A stretch of DNA of 64,000 bases from Chrysomallon squamiferum (lineage: Eukaryota; Animalia; Mollusca): NCBI GenBank assembly GCA_012295275.1, contig CM022671.1:32240001-32304000 (forward strand), written 5' to 3'. The notes under the pieces are model-generated. The model saw only the letters and a program-made list of their open reading frames with translations, was not told the DNA's origin and did no database searches. Of this stretch, positions 38,661 to 53,761 are shown in pieces; positions within the stretch are counted from its first letter, which is position 1, and each line of letters begins with the position of its first letter. The position numbers and the translations under genes were made by a program.

Positions 38661-41600
38661 AGATTTTTTTAAAAATGATGAAAATCTGCTAGTGCTTTGT
38701 GTTGTGTTTTTTTTATTCACAGGATGTGGAGGATGTTTTGTTTTTTTTTTTTTTTAACTTCAATCTGGACTGAAAAAAAAATTGGGGAAAAGGGAAAGAA
38801 GATATATACTTTTTTATTTTTATTTATTTTTTTTTTTTTTCTTAAGTGCTGTTGTTTCACGGATTTAAAAAAAAATTAAAAATATGGTTGGCATTGGATT
38901 TATGCTCAAGACAAGGATTTAATGCCATGGTGTGGAAAAGGGTTATCAATGTTGGTGTATGTGTCATTTGTTATAGATTATTTCATGCACAAAAATGAAA
39001 TAAGAATAATAACAAATAATAATAATAATAATCTGTTAAAACAACTGGTGTTTTTTTTGTTGTTATTATTATTTTTAAAATTCTTTATTTCATTATGTGA
39101 AATATATTTTAAATGGATATTTTCTGAAATAAAAAATGGAAACAAAATTCAAAAGCCACGAGCACCCAGGATACATGTATGTACTGCCAAAATGAAACTG
39201 ATGAAAGCTGCGTGGATGATGCCTCATTCCATATTGTTACAATGGTATTCACAAAGTGTTCAGCACACAGAATCAGTGGACAGTTAATCTCGGAGACAGG
39301 ACATCGGTATAATGTGACTGTCATAGAGGTGCATTTCAGATACTTGTAAGCATCAAATGCTTTCTTGGAATGCTGTGATGGTCATCCGATTCATCTCATC
39401 TTCTTATTAACAGGCCTGGATTTAGACATAGCAAGGCTGTAAGCTGTGGAAACAAGTGTTAAATTGGGCACAAGCTAAGAAGGGCTACATGTTAAGGGAA
39501 GTGTAGATCCAGAAGCTCCACAAGACTCATGTTATGGGAAATGTTATGGTCAGTGTGAAATTGGGCACAGTTTGACCCTGTTCAACAGAACAAATCTGTG
39601 AAATAAGTCAACATGTCCTCTTCAGACAGAGAGGTCCAAAGCAGTAGAAAACTCCCTGAGGCCTTGTTTGGCAGTGTTAACAGAAGGTTGTGTTAACAAG
39701 TTAAGCCTAACAAGTTAGAGCATTAACTGTATAAGTATTTCACACCCTGAAGAGGATAGAATAACTTTTGAACTTGGCCTCTTCAAAACTATGAAGCCTT
39801 AAGCTATAAGAGGCCATTTTTCAGCAACAAAACATGACAGTGTGTAACACAGGGCTTTACCTTGCCTTGGCTTGTGCCTAAATCCAGGAAAAGTGTGGTT
39901 TCTAAGATTGTGAAACAGTCCTGTTTTGGGAAAAAAGCCTTTGCAGTGAAAGAGTTTATGAAATTGATTATGTGTAAAATGAAAAAAAGAAAAGAACAGT
40001 TATGAATAATAATGGGGAAAAATGGCTGCTTGACAAGGACGTAAGCAATGATCTCTTTGTTTGATGTGTTGATGATTTCTGACATGTTTTGGTCTCAAAA
40101 CTGCAACATCGTGATATCAGTTGTTCTTTTTTTTTTTCTTTTTTTTTAAATCATTAGATCTACAGGATTTGTGTGTTTGCTGACTGCAGCATATGCAATA
40201 TTTAAAATAAAAAAATAATTTAAAAATGCATTTGTCTGCAAGTTGGAAATCTTACCTGTTCATATTCTATGTGAATTTTTCAAAATTACCTAAAAATCAA
40301 AAATTTATGAATGGTATAATGGGGGTTTAGACAATCTCAAAATTTTATTTTATTTTTATTGTTTTTTTCCCAAAAGTTGTTGCTTCTACTTACAATTTTT
40401 AAATATAATCATGATGCTTTTTAATCTTCATTTTTTACTTAAAAACGTACAGTGTATATCACTTTATCAGTGTTCTAGAAGATCTATGTTCTTAGTGGTT
40501 TGGTTGTGGGAATTCATATTTTATTTTTAACACAAAGATTTCAAACCCCTTTGTTGCTTGTTGAGTTACTTTTATTTATTTTTTAAATATTAAAGAAGAT
40601 TGGTTATAATCAAAATAAACTGTTCTTGTTGTTGTTATGATTACTATTTTTATTATTATTATTCACTTCCTGATCCATTTAAAAAATTTGACACTAATAT
40701 TCTCAATGGGTTAATTAACTTTCATATCTATTCAAAAAAAAAAAAAAAAAAGATAAAATAATCAAATATATTAATAGATTAAAAGATTTCACAAATATCT
40801 TTGTCTCGTACTGTTGCAAAAATCAGTAAATAATAATAAAAAAAAAATTTAGTGGAATTTTCCACACACACACACACACATGCAGATATTATTTCTGTAT
40901 TTTATTATTTTTTTAAATTGTATATTGTATTGAATCAACAGATAAGATTTCCAGCTTGCATTCTGACCCCTAACTACATACTGCAAGAGAGACGACATTC
41001 ATATGACATGCAATGAAACTTTAATGTGTGCAGCATTCATTAACTTATTTATTTTTTTGCTGACGTTTTGTGTCTCTGAGAGATTTTATAAATTATTATT
41101 GTGAAAATATCTTCCCCTTGAATTTGGGGTATTATGCATATTATTGATGTTATCGATAGAATTATGTATCATGGGAATAAGAGTAAAAAAAACAAAAACA
41201 TTTTTCATTTTATTTTAAATTTCTACAAAATTCATGTGTTCTGAATAAATAAGCCTGATTATTTCCTAGTAATACCAAGCTGCTCTGTTTGGAGAAGTTG
41301 CAGGCTAGGTTTGTCATATGTAAATTTTTACTTTTATTATAATATTCAGAGGAAGTCTTTTGATATGCATTTTTTTCTTCTTGTTGTTGTATTTTTTGAA
41401 TAGAAATATGAATATATTCTATTATGAAATACATATACACTTGTTTATACATTTTATTCCTAAGATAAACTGAAATAGAATAATTTTAACTGGAAATAAG
41501 TTATAAAATGTTAGTGCAAAAATTGTTATTTAATAAAATAAAAAAAATTAATTAAAAAAAATGCCTTTAAAATGTTGTCTTTATATTTATAAAATATGAA

Positions 41601-42199
41601 AAAAAAATTATATATATATATATATATATATAAAAATTATGAATTATTATTATTATTCATTTATTTATTTGCATTCATTGTATTTTGGTTCATTTATTAT
41701 TAATTTATCTTGCTGCCTTTTTTTACTTTTCTTTTTTTTTTTTCTTTTTTTTTTTTTTAAATACTTAAAATCTGATCATGGTAATTCTACACGAAAATCT
41801 ACATTTTCATTGCTGTTTTGTTTTTATTATTTTATTTTATTTTATTTTATTTTATTTTATTTTTTTATCATTTTTTTTTTAATTTAATTTTATTCTATTT
41901 ATTTTTATTTCACTTTCTATTAAATTTTTGTATTATTTTTTGCTATTATTATTACTTTCTTTTTTCTTTTCATATAGTGAAATCATGTTTTAGAACTCAG
42001 TTTAAACTTCTACAGTGTTCACTGAGAACATTTAAAAAGCAATAATTGTTGGGATCTATTAGTTTTCTTTCATTTCTGTTCCTTTCATTTTGTTTTCTCT
42101 GTGTTAGCTTGGTATTACTTAGAAACGGTTGATTTATTTATCACTTGCGTAGAATCACAATATGTTTTTATTTGATGCAAACAAAATATATATACATTA

Positions 42200-42260
<61 letters not shown>
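42200..42260. repeat. (TAT)n microsatellite
   Basis: Directly visible. Confidence 0.95.
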
Positions 42261-42261
<1 letters not shown>

Positions 42262-42373
42262 GGTATGAGAGTTAAGCTACTGTTGTTTTTACCCTGTGAA
42301 ATGTCTTCTCATGTCTGCTTATGTATATAATATACATTTAAAGTGTTTCTGTGCCCATAGAAACATGGTCTTT

Positions 42374-42379
42374 AATAAA
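42374..42379 (+). terminator. Candidate polyadenylation signal of the AUTS2-like gene (implies a ~3.7 kb 3'UTR)
   Basis: AATAAA followed ~20-40 nt later by a U/GU-rich tract (cttgttctgttattttttg), after which repeats and a MITE begin. Other AATAAA hexamers occur earlier. Confidence 0.4.
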
Positions 42380-42441
42380 TCTTAAATTAATGGAATTCAT
42401 CTTGTTCTGTTATTTTTTGAATTTTTGTTAATGTAGTAGCT

Positions 42442-42483
<42 letters not shown>

Positions 42484-42486
42484 TGG

Positions 42487-43135
42487 GTACCAAACCATTT
42501 ATCCAGCAAGCTTGGAACTTGAGGTGGTCTGGATTTCTGGATGCAGGCTAAAAATTAAAATGAAGAATAAAGAATGAAACTATTTAACAGATACAAATCA
42601 ATAAGAGTTTGTTTGATCTTTATTAATCCATTAAAATTATAAAAATACCTTTATAGAACACCATGTATAATAAACAGAATGAAAATTAATTAAAGAAAAG
42701 AAAGAACTCATTTATTTATTTTTCTAACTTTTCAAACCTCTGCTTGTGTTTATATAATACCGTTGCAAATTAATATACTTCTTAATAGACTTTTATTTCT
42801 TAGTGTAATATATTGGATGAAAATGAAATAAAGAAAAACAGTATGTTATTTAACAGTTATTGTAATACAGGAGTACACTAATCATTGTGAGAGATTCACC
42901 TCTACACAGTAACAGTCTCAATTAAACTTGTGTTCTTCAACATACATGTCACAGAGACCAAAATAGTTGCCATCAAGCAGATAGCTACAGTACACCAAAT
43001 TTAAAAGTAGTAGTTTTTTATTTTTTATTATTTATTTATTAATATATTTGTTTATATTCTTTAAAAAAAAAAAAAAAAATAAATAAAAATAATCTGTTTT
43101 CTGGATTTCTGAAAACTTGATAAATGCTTCGGTAC
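42487..43135. mobile_element. Degenerate non-autonomous DNA transposon (MITE-like, possibly Tc1/mariner-pogo type)
   Basis: Imperfect TIRs gtaccaaaccatttatccag / cttgataaatgcttcggtac (17/20 match); tctggatttctg repeated near both ends. Confidence 0.55.
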
Positions 43136-45305
43136 TTTACAACAGTAATAGAAGCAACAGTAGTTGTGTTAATAGTAATGATGCTTGAATATTTTCACCA
43201 GAACTCAACATATTACAACTTCAGCAAAATATTGCTTGAAAAACATGTGCAAATGCATTAAGTTAGTCATACAAAAATATAAAAACCACACACACACACA
43301 CAAACATGCATGCATTACACACATAATAACTAAATATACCATGTTTTCTGGTTTATATGCTGCCTTGAAAATTGGCACAAAAAAAAAAAACATGGAGTTT
43401 ATCATGTTGATGTTGAAGTTTAGATTTTTTTTTTTTTAATATGAGAGAAATATAATGGTTGTGTACATCATAACCAGGACCTGTGAGAGGGGGTGACCAG
43501 CCAGGGGGGGTGTAGCAGTTAATTACAAGCCCCTGAAAATCACACACCCCATAGCATCCCTGTTACTCCCATCTTCTGGCTCACCACTGGCAGAGACCTT
43601 GTAGGACTGATGAATCTCAGTGAGAAGGGAAGCATGCACATACTGTTTGTGACTGCTACAGCAGGTGTTGTCAGTACTTTTATTAATTATTGTTTATGAA
43701 GGAAGTTGGTTAGTAAATACTTTCAGTTCAGATTGTTGCTCTTATTATTTGTTAGTTGTATGTCTCAAGTATGGGACTAGAGCTTTTTGTAGCTGGAGTT
43801 AAAAAGAAAGTCAGAGAAAACCCAAATTTTAGGTTTGTGGCATGATGAAATACTTTTTTGTTGCAATTTAACAGACATACTTTACTTCAAACTGTTCTTA
43901 AACACAAACATAATTAATTTTGTGCCAAAAGAATTGTGCAAAAAAAAAAACCCAATTTGACCCATTTCTAATGTGCAAATATATGTTATTTGTATTAAAA
44001 TCACATATGTCAGGAAGGCTTATAGTGAGATGCAATTAAAAACACCATCACTACTGGTATGTGTGGTATATTATGAGGGGGTTTGTGATTTCCTGCCACA
44101 CCTGTGTTTTGTTCCTGGGCCCTAGAGATAAGAAGGTTCCACAGCAGCCTGACTGTGTTTGCTACATCATGTTTTATCTGATCGTGGAAATGAAGTGTGT
44201 ATGACATGTAGATTAACTGGACATCAGATTTTCAATTTTGAGAAATATCTTTGCCTGCCTCAGAGCCCCAAAGGCATCTTGTACCACCTTCCAAAAAATC
44301 TCTTGGAGATCCTGATCATAACATCATATATGTGTCAAAACTTTGAATTGTGCTGTGTCTCACTTCATCTCTCTCTTTATGTTATTTTATTTTTTATTTT
44401 TGATATATATATATATATATTAATTGTTTTATAAACTTTTTAATTTATTTTTTATTTTGTTTTGTTTCATTTTCATTATTATTTTTTTTAAATTTATTTA
44501 TTTTGTATTTATTTTAATCTTATTACACTTTTTTTTTTTTTTTTCATTTATTTTATTTTGACCTTTATAATCTTTTTGATTGATTCTTTTGCACTTAATA
44601 CAATTCTTTATCAAATTTAAAAAAACGTTTGTAAATTAATCAAAAGGTTAAAGCTGCATTATCAACTATCAAAACAAACAATGGATGTTACACAACTTTT
44701 CATTGTCTTTTAATCTTTTTCTTTTTCTTTTTTCTTTATTTATTTTACTATCATCATCATTATTATTTTTCTTTTATTTCTTATTAACACAAATATTTAT
44801 ATTTGTTTGTTACAGTTTCCAGTTTAATTAACAATTTACCTTCTAATAATATCCCATGTTTACTTCTGTGTAGGTTTCACTGAGTAAACAAACGCTGCAA
44901 TTAACAACAATATTTGTACAGCAGTTGTTTTAATTATAAATAAATAATTAATGGACAAATGTTTTAATAATACTCACACATATTTAAAAAACAAAAAAAA
45001 AAAACGTATGTATAATAAAATACAAAAATAAATATATAAAAAAATTAGTGGTGAAAAATAAGGACTGATTCAAAGTGCAGTATCCCTTCATTTCTTTCTT
45101 TCTTCTTTTTTTTTTTCTTTCTTTCTTTAATTATTTCTTTATTTATTTATTAATTTATTTATTGCTGTTGTTGTTGTTGTTTTTTGTTGTTGTTATTTAT
45201 TTATTTATTTTATCCCCATCCCCAGAAATCTTAAAACTGAAAATTTATGATACTGCTTAGTAATTATGCACAGTTAAACATATTAAAGATTTATGGTTAG
45301 ATCAC

Positions 45306-45344
<39 letters not shown>

Positions 45345-46157
45345 AAGTAAATAATAATTCATTAGTGTTTTGATAGTAAAAAGTAAATTTGTCCATATCT
45401 GAGGACTCTTTTTCTAAAGATGAATTCTGTTAATCAGTGAGGTACTATGGTTTGTAAAATGAACAACAAAAACAGAAAATAAAACTTTACTACACCACAG
45501 ACATTTAAAAAGTAATAAAAAACACTCACAAATAATGGCACGTAAACTATAGATAAACACACACACACACACACACACTACAGTTCATAGCAACATATGC
45601 AGTGTAATGACAAATAATTTGTTAACTTTCATCCTATACTTGTTAAATATCTTTGAATATTTTATAGGAATTCCAATTTTTATGAACAGACACACCATAC
45701 ATACATATATAAATAATGTTTGTGTTGTTTTTGTAATGGGCTACTGTTTGGAACTGCAAATAGCCCATTGATCTACAAATGTTTAGAGTGAAACTACTTT
45801 CTATTTTCTACTTTACTGATTAGTAGTGAAGAGTTTTTAATAGACATATATATATATATATATGTTGGTCAGCAGATCCAGAACTGGAAAAAGGTGAAAA
45901 ATTGTTTCAAAGGTTCCAGTGAGCTATAAATATGGTTAATGGTATTTCAAGTGGCAAACCTACAGATACAAATCCTAAATGAAGAGTGAAAAACAAATCT
46001 CTTTTCAGAACCATAGTCTTTTTGTTTTCTGTTTGTCTGTTATTTCAGTGTTTTGTTACATTATTGAATACATTAATATAAATTTACACACACACACACT
46101 CACATGTCTATGCATGCACATAAATACATCCATACAAACATATAAAAATACACACAA

Positions 46158-46191
<34 letters not shown>

Positions 46192-46213
46192 TACACAAAC
46201 ATAGACACACACA

Positions 46214-46254
<41 letters not shown>

Positions 46255-47545
46255 CACACATGTAATTATATATATATAATCTTGGATGTAACACACACCT
46301 TTTTTCAGACAGCCAAAGGAAGGTGCGTTTGATTTGCGAGCAGTTTTATTTTCTTTCCCATTCTGGTGAAAGGAGACGACTTCAAAGTATTGATTTCTAA
46401 ATAACTGCTGATCAAAGTGGTTATCCTCTTGAAAAGGTTTCCTTCGAGATGTTATTTAAATATTCTAAACCACGGAGGTGAGTAGATCCCCCTCCAGGGC
46501 ATGGCAGACATGTCAGTGGAATTGCTAACAAAATTATGTTTTCTTGGCTCTATTTCCTTTGAACGTGCCCCCTAATGTAATTGAGATCAACACAGCCTTG
46601 ATCAAATGCAGTCGCGAAAAAAGATTTCTTAAAGGGGCACCGTGACTGTAAGAATGTATCGAAAGATCAAAAATGCTGGCTAAAGTTCAGTAAGTTTATT
46701 ATTGTTAGTTTGTTGTTTTATTCACTAAATATGTTCAGAAAAAAAGAAAGTAGATAAATTATTTGCGAGCAGAAATTCATTTTTGAAGATTTCGTGGATG
46801 TAACTATAGATATTTGCTTATAAATAAAAACTGAAAATGTAGTCGGTGTTATAGTTAATATTTTATATAAGGCTCCAATAGTTACTTCCCTTGTTTTAAT
46901 TTTTTTATTAATATATCAAAATGTTTTATAAGACTGAGTATACGTGTTTCTTTCTTTCTTTTTTGTGATTGTTTTTCTAACTTTTTAAACTTCTGCTTGT
47001 GTTTATATTCAGACCACAAAACTATGGTCCATATGATCCTTTTTATTTATTATTATGTCTGTTATATAATCAACACTGTATGCTAAACAAATTAAATGCA
47101 GGTTTGAAGCTATCAGTTACAAGTGAGGTACGTTTTATTTTTGTAGAATGTCAAGAACTGAACACTATATTATCATTGTTGAAAAACTGTGTAATAAAAT
47201 ATATATCATCAGTATTACATACATGTATCTGTATGTATATATACATCCATATGTATTTGTATGTATATATGTATGCATATACATATATGTGTGTGTGCAG
47301 GAACTAATTCATATCATTTTTATTCTTATTATTTCAGTTTACCTCAAAATTACTTTTATTCAGTGGAAATGAATGTAATATTTTTCTGAAACTGTAATTA
47401 TTAAGGAGATTAGAGGAACCTAAATTTTTAGGCTTTAAAATCAGAACAAAACAGCAAACTGGTTATATTTTATTACAGTCGGTATGTCACATGCAGTAAC
47501 ATTTTATTCACTGTAATGTCTTTACTTTAGCATTCAGCCGGTCCA

Positions 47546-48783
47546 TCATTGAGGTGGTGTTAATTCTGAAATAACAATTTAAAAAATAAAAATAATAAAA
47601 AAATAAATAATTAAAAAAAAACCAATTAAAAAAAATAAATAATAAAAAAAAAAAAAAAAATAAATAAAAAAATTAAAATTAAAAAAAAAATTAAAATAAT
47701 AATAAAAACAATTTAAATTTTTTTTTTTTTTAAAACAAACAAAAAAAACAATTAACAATAATTTTACTGTCTGTATTTATTTTTGCTATTGCTACCATCA
47801 CTACCATCATCACTACTGCTATCACTACAACTAATACCACTATCACTACCACTACACCTGCTACTAACAATAACACAACCACTACCATTACCAATACCAC
47901 TACTACGACTACTGCTAGTAGTACTACCACTACCACTACCACTGCTATTACTATTAGTATTATTATTTCTGTAATACCGGGGTGAAGCTGGTAACACAAA
48001 GGCGTTGGGTTGTTGTATTTTCTGCAGCATTCTAATGATGCCATTAACTCAAATTGGTGCCACTGCCCTTCATGACAGTAGTAGGAGAAACAGTCTCCCT
48101 TGGGGTATTCTCCCCACTTGCAGTCAGCTGTGGTGGTAGGAGGAGTTGTTGTGAAAGCTGGCAGAGCTGAAATTATAGTTTAAATATTCTCACAATATGA
48201 CAAATACAGAACACACACACACACACACACACATACACACACACCTGCCTACATACATATATAAACAAAAATATGCAAGAAAATTATTTTAAAATAAGTA
48301 AAATAAATTCCATAATGCTGTAATACACATCAAGAAAGATAAATCTTACAAAACTATTTTAATCATAAGCTTGCAAGAGTTGTGTTTCTTAGATCAATCA
48401 TTTTCTATTTATTTATTTGTTTAATTTTTGTTTTTATTTGTTTGCTTGTTTGATTGATTGATTGTTTGTTTGTTTATTTTTTCTATAATCGTTAAATTAA
48501 TTAATTAACGAATTATTATTATTTACGAAATTCTCATACAAAAAGACAGTTCATTTCATCTTGCAAAATGGGATAAATGTAACATGTGAAAGAGAGAGTG
48601 AAAAATATTGTCACGAATGATTAGAACTTTAAACCATTATTACAAAGAAATACTAGTGGTTTCTTATTGCTACAAGCAAATGATTTTGTCTATTTTATTA
48701 CGACTATATTATGACAAATACTCACCAGTAGTTTGCAAAATAAAAAAATCGAGCACAAAACTTATTACAACTGCAGTCGCCAT
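47546..48783 (-). CDS. Secreted 6-Cys peptide precursor, copy A (88 aa): MATAVVISFVLDFFILQTTA-LPAFTTTPPTTTADCKWGEYPKGDCFSYYCHEGQWHQFELMASLECCRKYNNPTPLCYQLHPELTPPQ*. Exons 48783-48726, 48166-47978, 47565-47546
   Basis: aaaATG start; hydrophobic signal exon with g|gtgagt donor; tttcag acceptors; all introns phase 1; the stop and an AATAAA (47508-47503) are at equivalent positions in copy B. Confidence 0.8.
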
Positions 48784-48857
48784 TTTTAATTTATTGATAA
48801 GAACGTGTAAATGACCCAGTTATTTCTATCTTATCTTAGAAGTTAGATCAAGATCTT

Positions 48858-48904
<47 letters not shown>

Positions 48905-49548
48905 AAAATTAAAAAACCAGATGCTTTGTCACTGGCCTGTGTCCCAAAAGAAACAATGACCATAAGAAGAATGCAAATGATACTGATGATAATGAAAATG
49001 TATTATGTAATAAATTTGTCTAAATCTGTGTAGCACATATTGAACTAAATGGTTATAATAATAGTAGTAATAGCAGTAATAACAACAATAACAACGATGA
49101 TGATCATAATGATGACAAAACCAACAATAATAATAATAAGAAGAAGACAAGAAGAAGAAAATAATTTAGATTTTGAAACGAAGACACGTTCAATATACTT
49201 ATTATACACTGCATATTTTTATCTGGCACCGTTTCGCTAAACTTGGATTTCTGTGTGAATAATAAATGAAAAGAAACTAGAGAGTAAAACGCTTTGCATA
49301 TTTTATTTACTACTTGAAACAATAACATACAGCGATATCTAACATACACATTATTAACAAAGGTTTTATACATACAAACATTTATACATACATACATTCA
49401 TAAGTACATACATAGGTACATACATACATACATACATAAATACATACACACATACATACATACATACATACATAAATATATATAGATACATATTTAGATG
49501 ACGCATTTAGAGTGATCACGGACAATGCAGTTTTAAGCTGAGTTTAAA

Positions 49549-49685
49549 TTAAACGTGATTTCTGCTTCCTAACAAAGGATCGATCAGTTGTTTCCACTGT
49601 TTAAGATCCCAGGACGGATCTGCATCAACGACGACATCGTTCAACATGAACGTCGGGGTTCCTGTTACTCCTCCTGTTAAAAACA

Positions 49686-49742
<57 letters not shown>

Positions 49743-50513
49743 AAATTTCATGTAATTAAAAACAATGTATGTTTTTGCTATGTAATTTATAACAATGTTG
49801 AAAGTAACATGCATATTGTACATTTTCAAATATCCGTATTCTAAATCCATCCACTTCATGTTCTGCATCCTAATCACTTTGTTATTACTTTATTATCAAC
49901 AAAGGTTGTTGATAGTAATTTTTAAAACTTACTGGAAATATATTTAGGATATTTTGGCACCCCACCAAAGACTTTGCATTCGCTTCAGTATAGAAAACAC
50001 AATTATAAATATAACACTCACTGCTACATCCGTATTTCCAGGCCACTCTCGTGTCTTCCTCCAGTGATTCATCAGAATAAAGTTCCATAAATTTGGATTT
50101 AGAAATACCCAAACTTGAAGCCAGACCAGCAAATTTCCTGATGAAAAACAAATAAATTTTTGTAATTTGTTTAAAATATTGTTCAAAGTGCGGATATTAC
50201 ATTCAGTAAACGAGGTAACAAATAATAAATAATTTAAAACCCTATTTAAAAAAACTAAAATACTAAAAGCTGTAATAGTTATATAGACAAACATCGACAT
50301 ACCAACGAACATGCACACATACTTACACGTGTACGTTTCAGAGAATATTTTATGGATATCAAACATATTTACTCTTTTCTTCTTTGTTTTGTCTGAAAAC
50401 TGAATTTTGACGACTAGATTTATCTAAAAGGTTATTCAAAAAAGATTTCTAAAATCCTTTAATTCGCAAAAAAGAAACAACAAAAAACAAGCAAACAAAA
50501 GCAACAAAAAAAA

Positions 50514-50562
<49 letters not shown>

Positions 50563-51647
50563 TCAGCAATTATATTCATCCCCATGCAATACAATTATTA
50601 TTAATCTTGAATCTTCCCCAGCTTAAGTCCAGGTTAGTAGCAAATTAATTTATATTGACAAGCAATAACTCGTTTATTAACCTGATTTGGCGAGGTAATA
50701 GTAGTTCTACTGAGTCATTGCTTCGGATCATGGCCGAACGTGCAAGACGAAATTAGACGCACATGCGCACATTGGATTGTGTCGCTTTCAGAACATAATA
50801 AAATATTTATAGGGTTTCAGTTCAGTGTATTACTGATTTTCTTCAGTTTGGTCGAGTTACGGTACAGAGAATAGAATTGGAATAGACCGATATTTGGTTT
50901 AGCCTCATAAAGAGCGAAAACCAGTCCAAGAGAGCAGACGACCTGCAGTTAATTTCGCGGGAAGCCAATTTGTCGGTTTAGCGCTAAATCCCTGCAGTTT
51001 TATATTTATTAAACTTTTTCAGAAAACAGAAAAACACCCAAACAATCTGTGAATGACTAAAATGTAATTTATATTGCTAGTGATCTAAAAAAACAACAAC
51101 AGTAAAACAAATAAACGTACATAATACGAACACACATATACACATAAATCCCACCTCCAATAAATAAATAAATAACCGAATGAATAAATAAATACATAAA
51201 TAAATAAATAAATTTCATATCTTTAAAGAATATTTTGTTTTAATTGATATATATACTAAATTGAATATAGCAATAAATACAGCTAAATATAGACAAAATC
51301 TAAATATATTCGTAAGTAACATTCAATTAAAATATATTTATTTTAAATTGATATATATACTAATTTCAATATAGCAATCAATACAGCTAAATATAGATAA
51401 ATACTAAAATATTCTTAACATTTCTGTTATGTAACTATTAAAAAAAAAAAAAATTGTATAGATAAATAAATAAAAAACAGAAGGAAATATCATTACATTA
51501 CAAAGTAAATATTCAGCACCTATTTATGTTATGTTCTTTTTTTTTATCTAAATAAATAGTTTCAGATATAATTTAGATCACTGCGGTGGGATTCATAATA
51601 ATGTACAGAAAATTACAGAGATAACTGAATTCTGAGGAAATGCATCG

Positions 51648-51697
<50 letters not shown>

Positions 51698-53668
51698 AGA
51701 CTGCTGTACAGATACAATTTAGTAAAGGAAGAGAAAAAGGCTAGAAATTATTCGTAATTATCTATCTCTCTTTCTCTCTGTCTCTCTCTCTAAAACGAAT
51801 GAAAGAATAAATAAATAAATAAATAAATAAACGAAACAAATCAAATTAAAAAGTACTTCATTAAAAAAAACAAAAAAAAGGAAGAAGGTGAAAAGAAAGC
51901 AACAACAACATCTTTGTGTGTGTGTGTGCGCGTGCGTTACACGACATGCTTGTGAATGATTCGTATGTGACCTAAATCTTTTTCCTGTTATATTTAATAA
52001 ATAAGTATTTTTCGAAAATGTAGAAGACTTCAACGTATTCCGATCTCTGTTCCTTTACGAACTCTCACTGTAATCAGTGTAGTTACGAGTGTATGATAGA
52101 ATACACAGCATTCGAAACATCATCCAACAGAGGTGATCTAAATATATTATGAAGTTGTCGTAATATATTACGTTTGTCGTAAATTACATCAGAGTTATAA
52201 ACTGCAGTTTAATTTATTGAATCTTAAATGTTTTTTTTTTCTTAGTTCGTGTAATTTTTGTAAACACTTACAAACACAGTTAAAAGGAGAGAAATGAGAC
52301 GAGAAATATGCAATAATATCAACAGCAGCAGCAGCAACAGCAACAATAAAAACGACAACAACAACAACAACAATAAATAAATAACCAAATTTTCTCCATT
52401 ATTTTTATTGCTAATTTTCAGATATATATTTTTTAACCTTCATTTCTGGGTTAATAATAAATCAGTAATTAAGTTAGAAAAAGATAATTATTATTATTAT
52501 TATTATTCATTTTCTCCAAATAAATTCATCATTACTATTATGAAGGCTATCGCTGTCATATAAATTAAATCTTCGTGTGTATTTTACAGCATGTTATTTT
52601 TGTGAGAGTGTTTTCTACAGTCGCTTCCTTTTTAACGGTTTCGTTTTTCATGTACTGGATTTTGTGCAAACCTCGGCCTTAAGTGTTCTCTGGATTGACA
52701 AATATATTTATTTATTTTTTGTTTATTTGTTTATTTGTTTATTTTTGTTTATTTGTTTGTTTATCAAATACTTTGTTATGTGAACGCTAAAGATGCTTCG
52801 CTGTTAAAATCTATCAGGATAACGTATGACTACTACTACTACTAAATTACTTCTATTAAATGCATATATTACTGAAACAACAACAACAACAACTACAATT
52901 TCTACTACTAGTACTACTACTACAGCTATTACTACTTGCACGTGTTCTGATTTCCTCGTAAAATAAGTGTAGCATTCTTGGTATTATTTACTGGAAACAA
53001 CTGCATTGTTACCTGGGTAACATCTGTACTACAGATTACATCTACGTATTGCATAATCGAAATACAGACACGTTTCTATTATGTAAAATGTTTTTCTTAA
53101 TTTTAATGTTTGTTGTTTTGTATATTACTGTTAGTCGAGACGTTTCTTTTTCGGTTCGTTTTCTTCTTCTGTTTTTCTGTGGCAGTCGATTTAATGTTAA
53201 TCAGACTAGAGTCAGTATACTTAAAACATGTTTATGTGTTGTGTACGAGTGGCTATTTATACAAACAGTTAAAACCAGGTTTATATTTATCCGCCGGTGC
53301 GCCAGAACCGGTTTATCACAGGTCATATTATGTTTTCCTGTCAGTGGGAAGGAAAATATAAAAGATAGCTTGCTGTTGATACAGAAAGAGTAGCCACTTT
53401 AGTGTCTGTGAGGGTTTTCTCTGTGGTTATCTGTATTGTTCTCTGACATATGTATGTCACATAAGTTATAATTTATAACTGTGAATTAGTAATGTGCTGT
53501 GTTCATCATTAAAATAATATTTCTTTCTATCTTCCGAGTGCATGTTTCATTTTGTTACTGTCAAATAATATCTGTGATGGTGACAATAATCTAATTCATA
53601 AAACCTTGTAAGTTATAAAAACCAGGAATGAATAAAAAATCTAACGAGACGAGTGTCTGTCAGTATTT

Positions 53669-53761
<93 letters not shown>

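Noticed and set aside
47730-47977. Poly-V/I transmembrane-like tail after the Cys domain (also 57534-57685)
   Set aside because: Microsatellite intron read-through; a donor at the same position and a conserved terminal exon exist in both copies.
48608-48814. Repeated + strand ORFs (also 58314-58520 and 58866-59093)
   Set aside because: Antisense shadows of the minus-strand signal-peptide exon.
48856-48862. TATAAAG as the TATA box of peptide A
   Set aside because: Formed by the edge of an (AAT)n tract and not retained upstream of the intact copy B exon.
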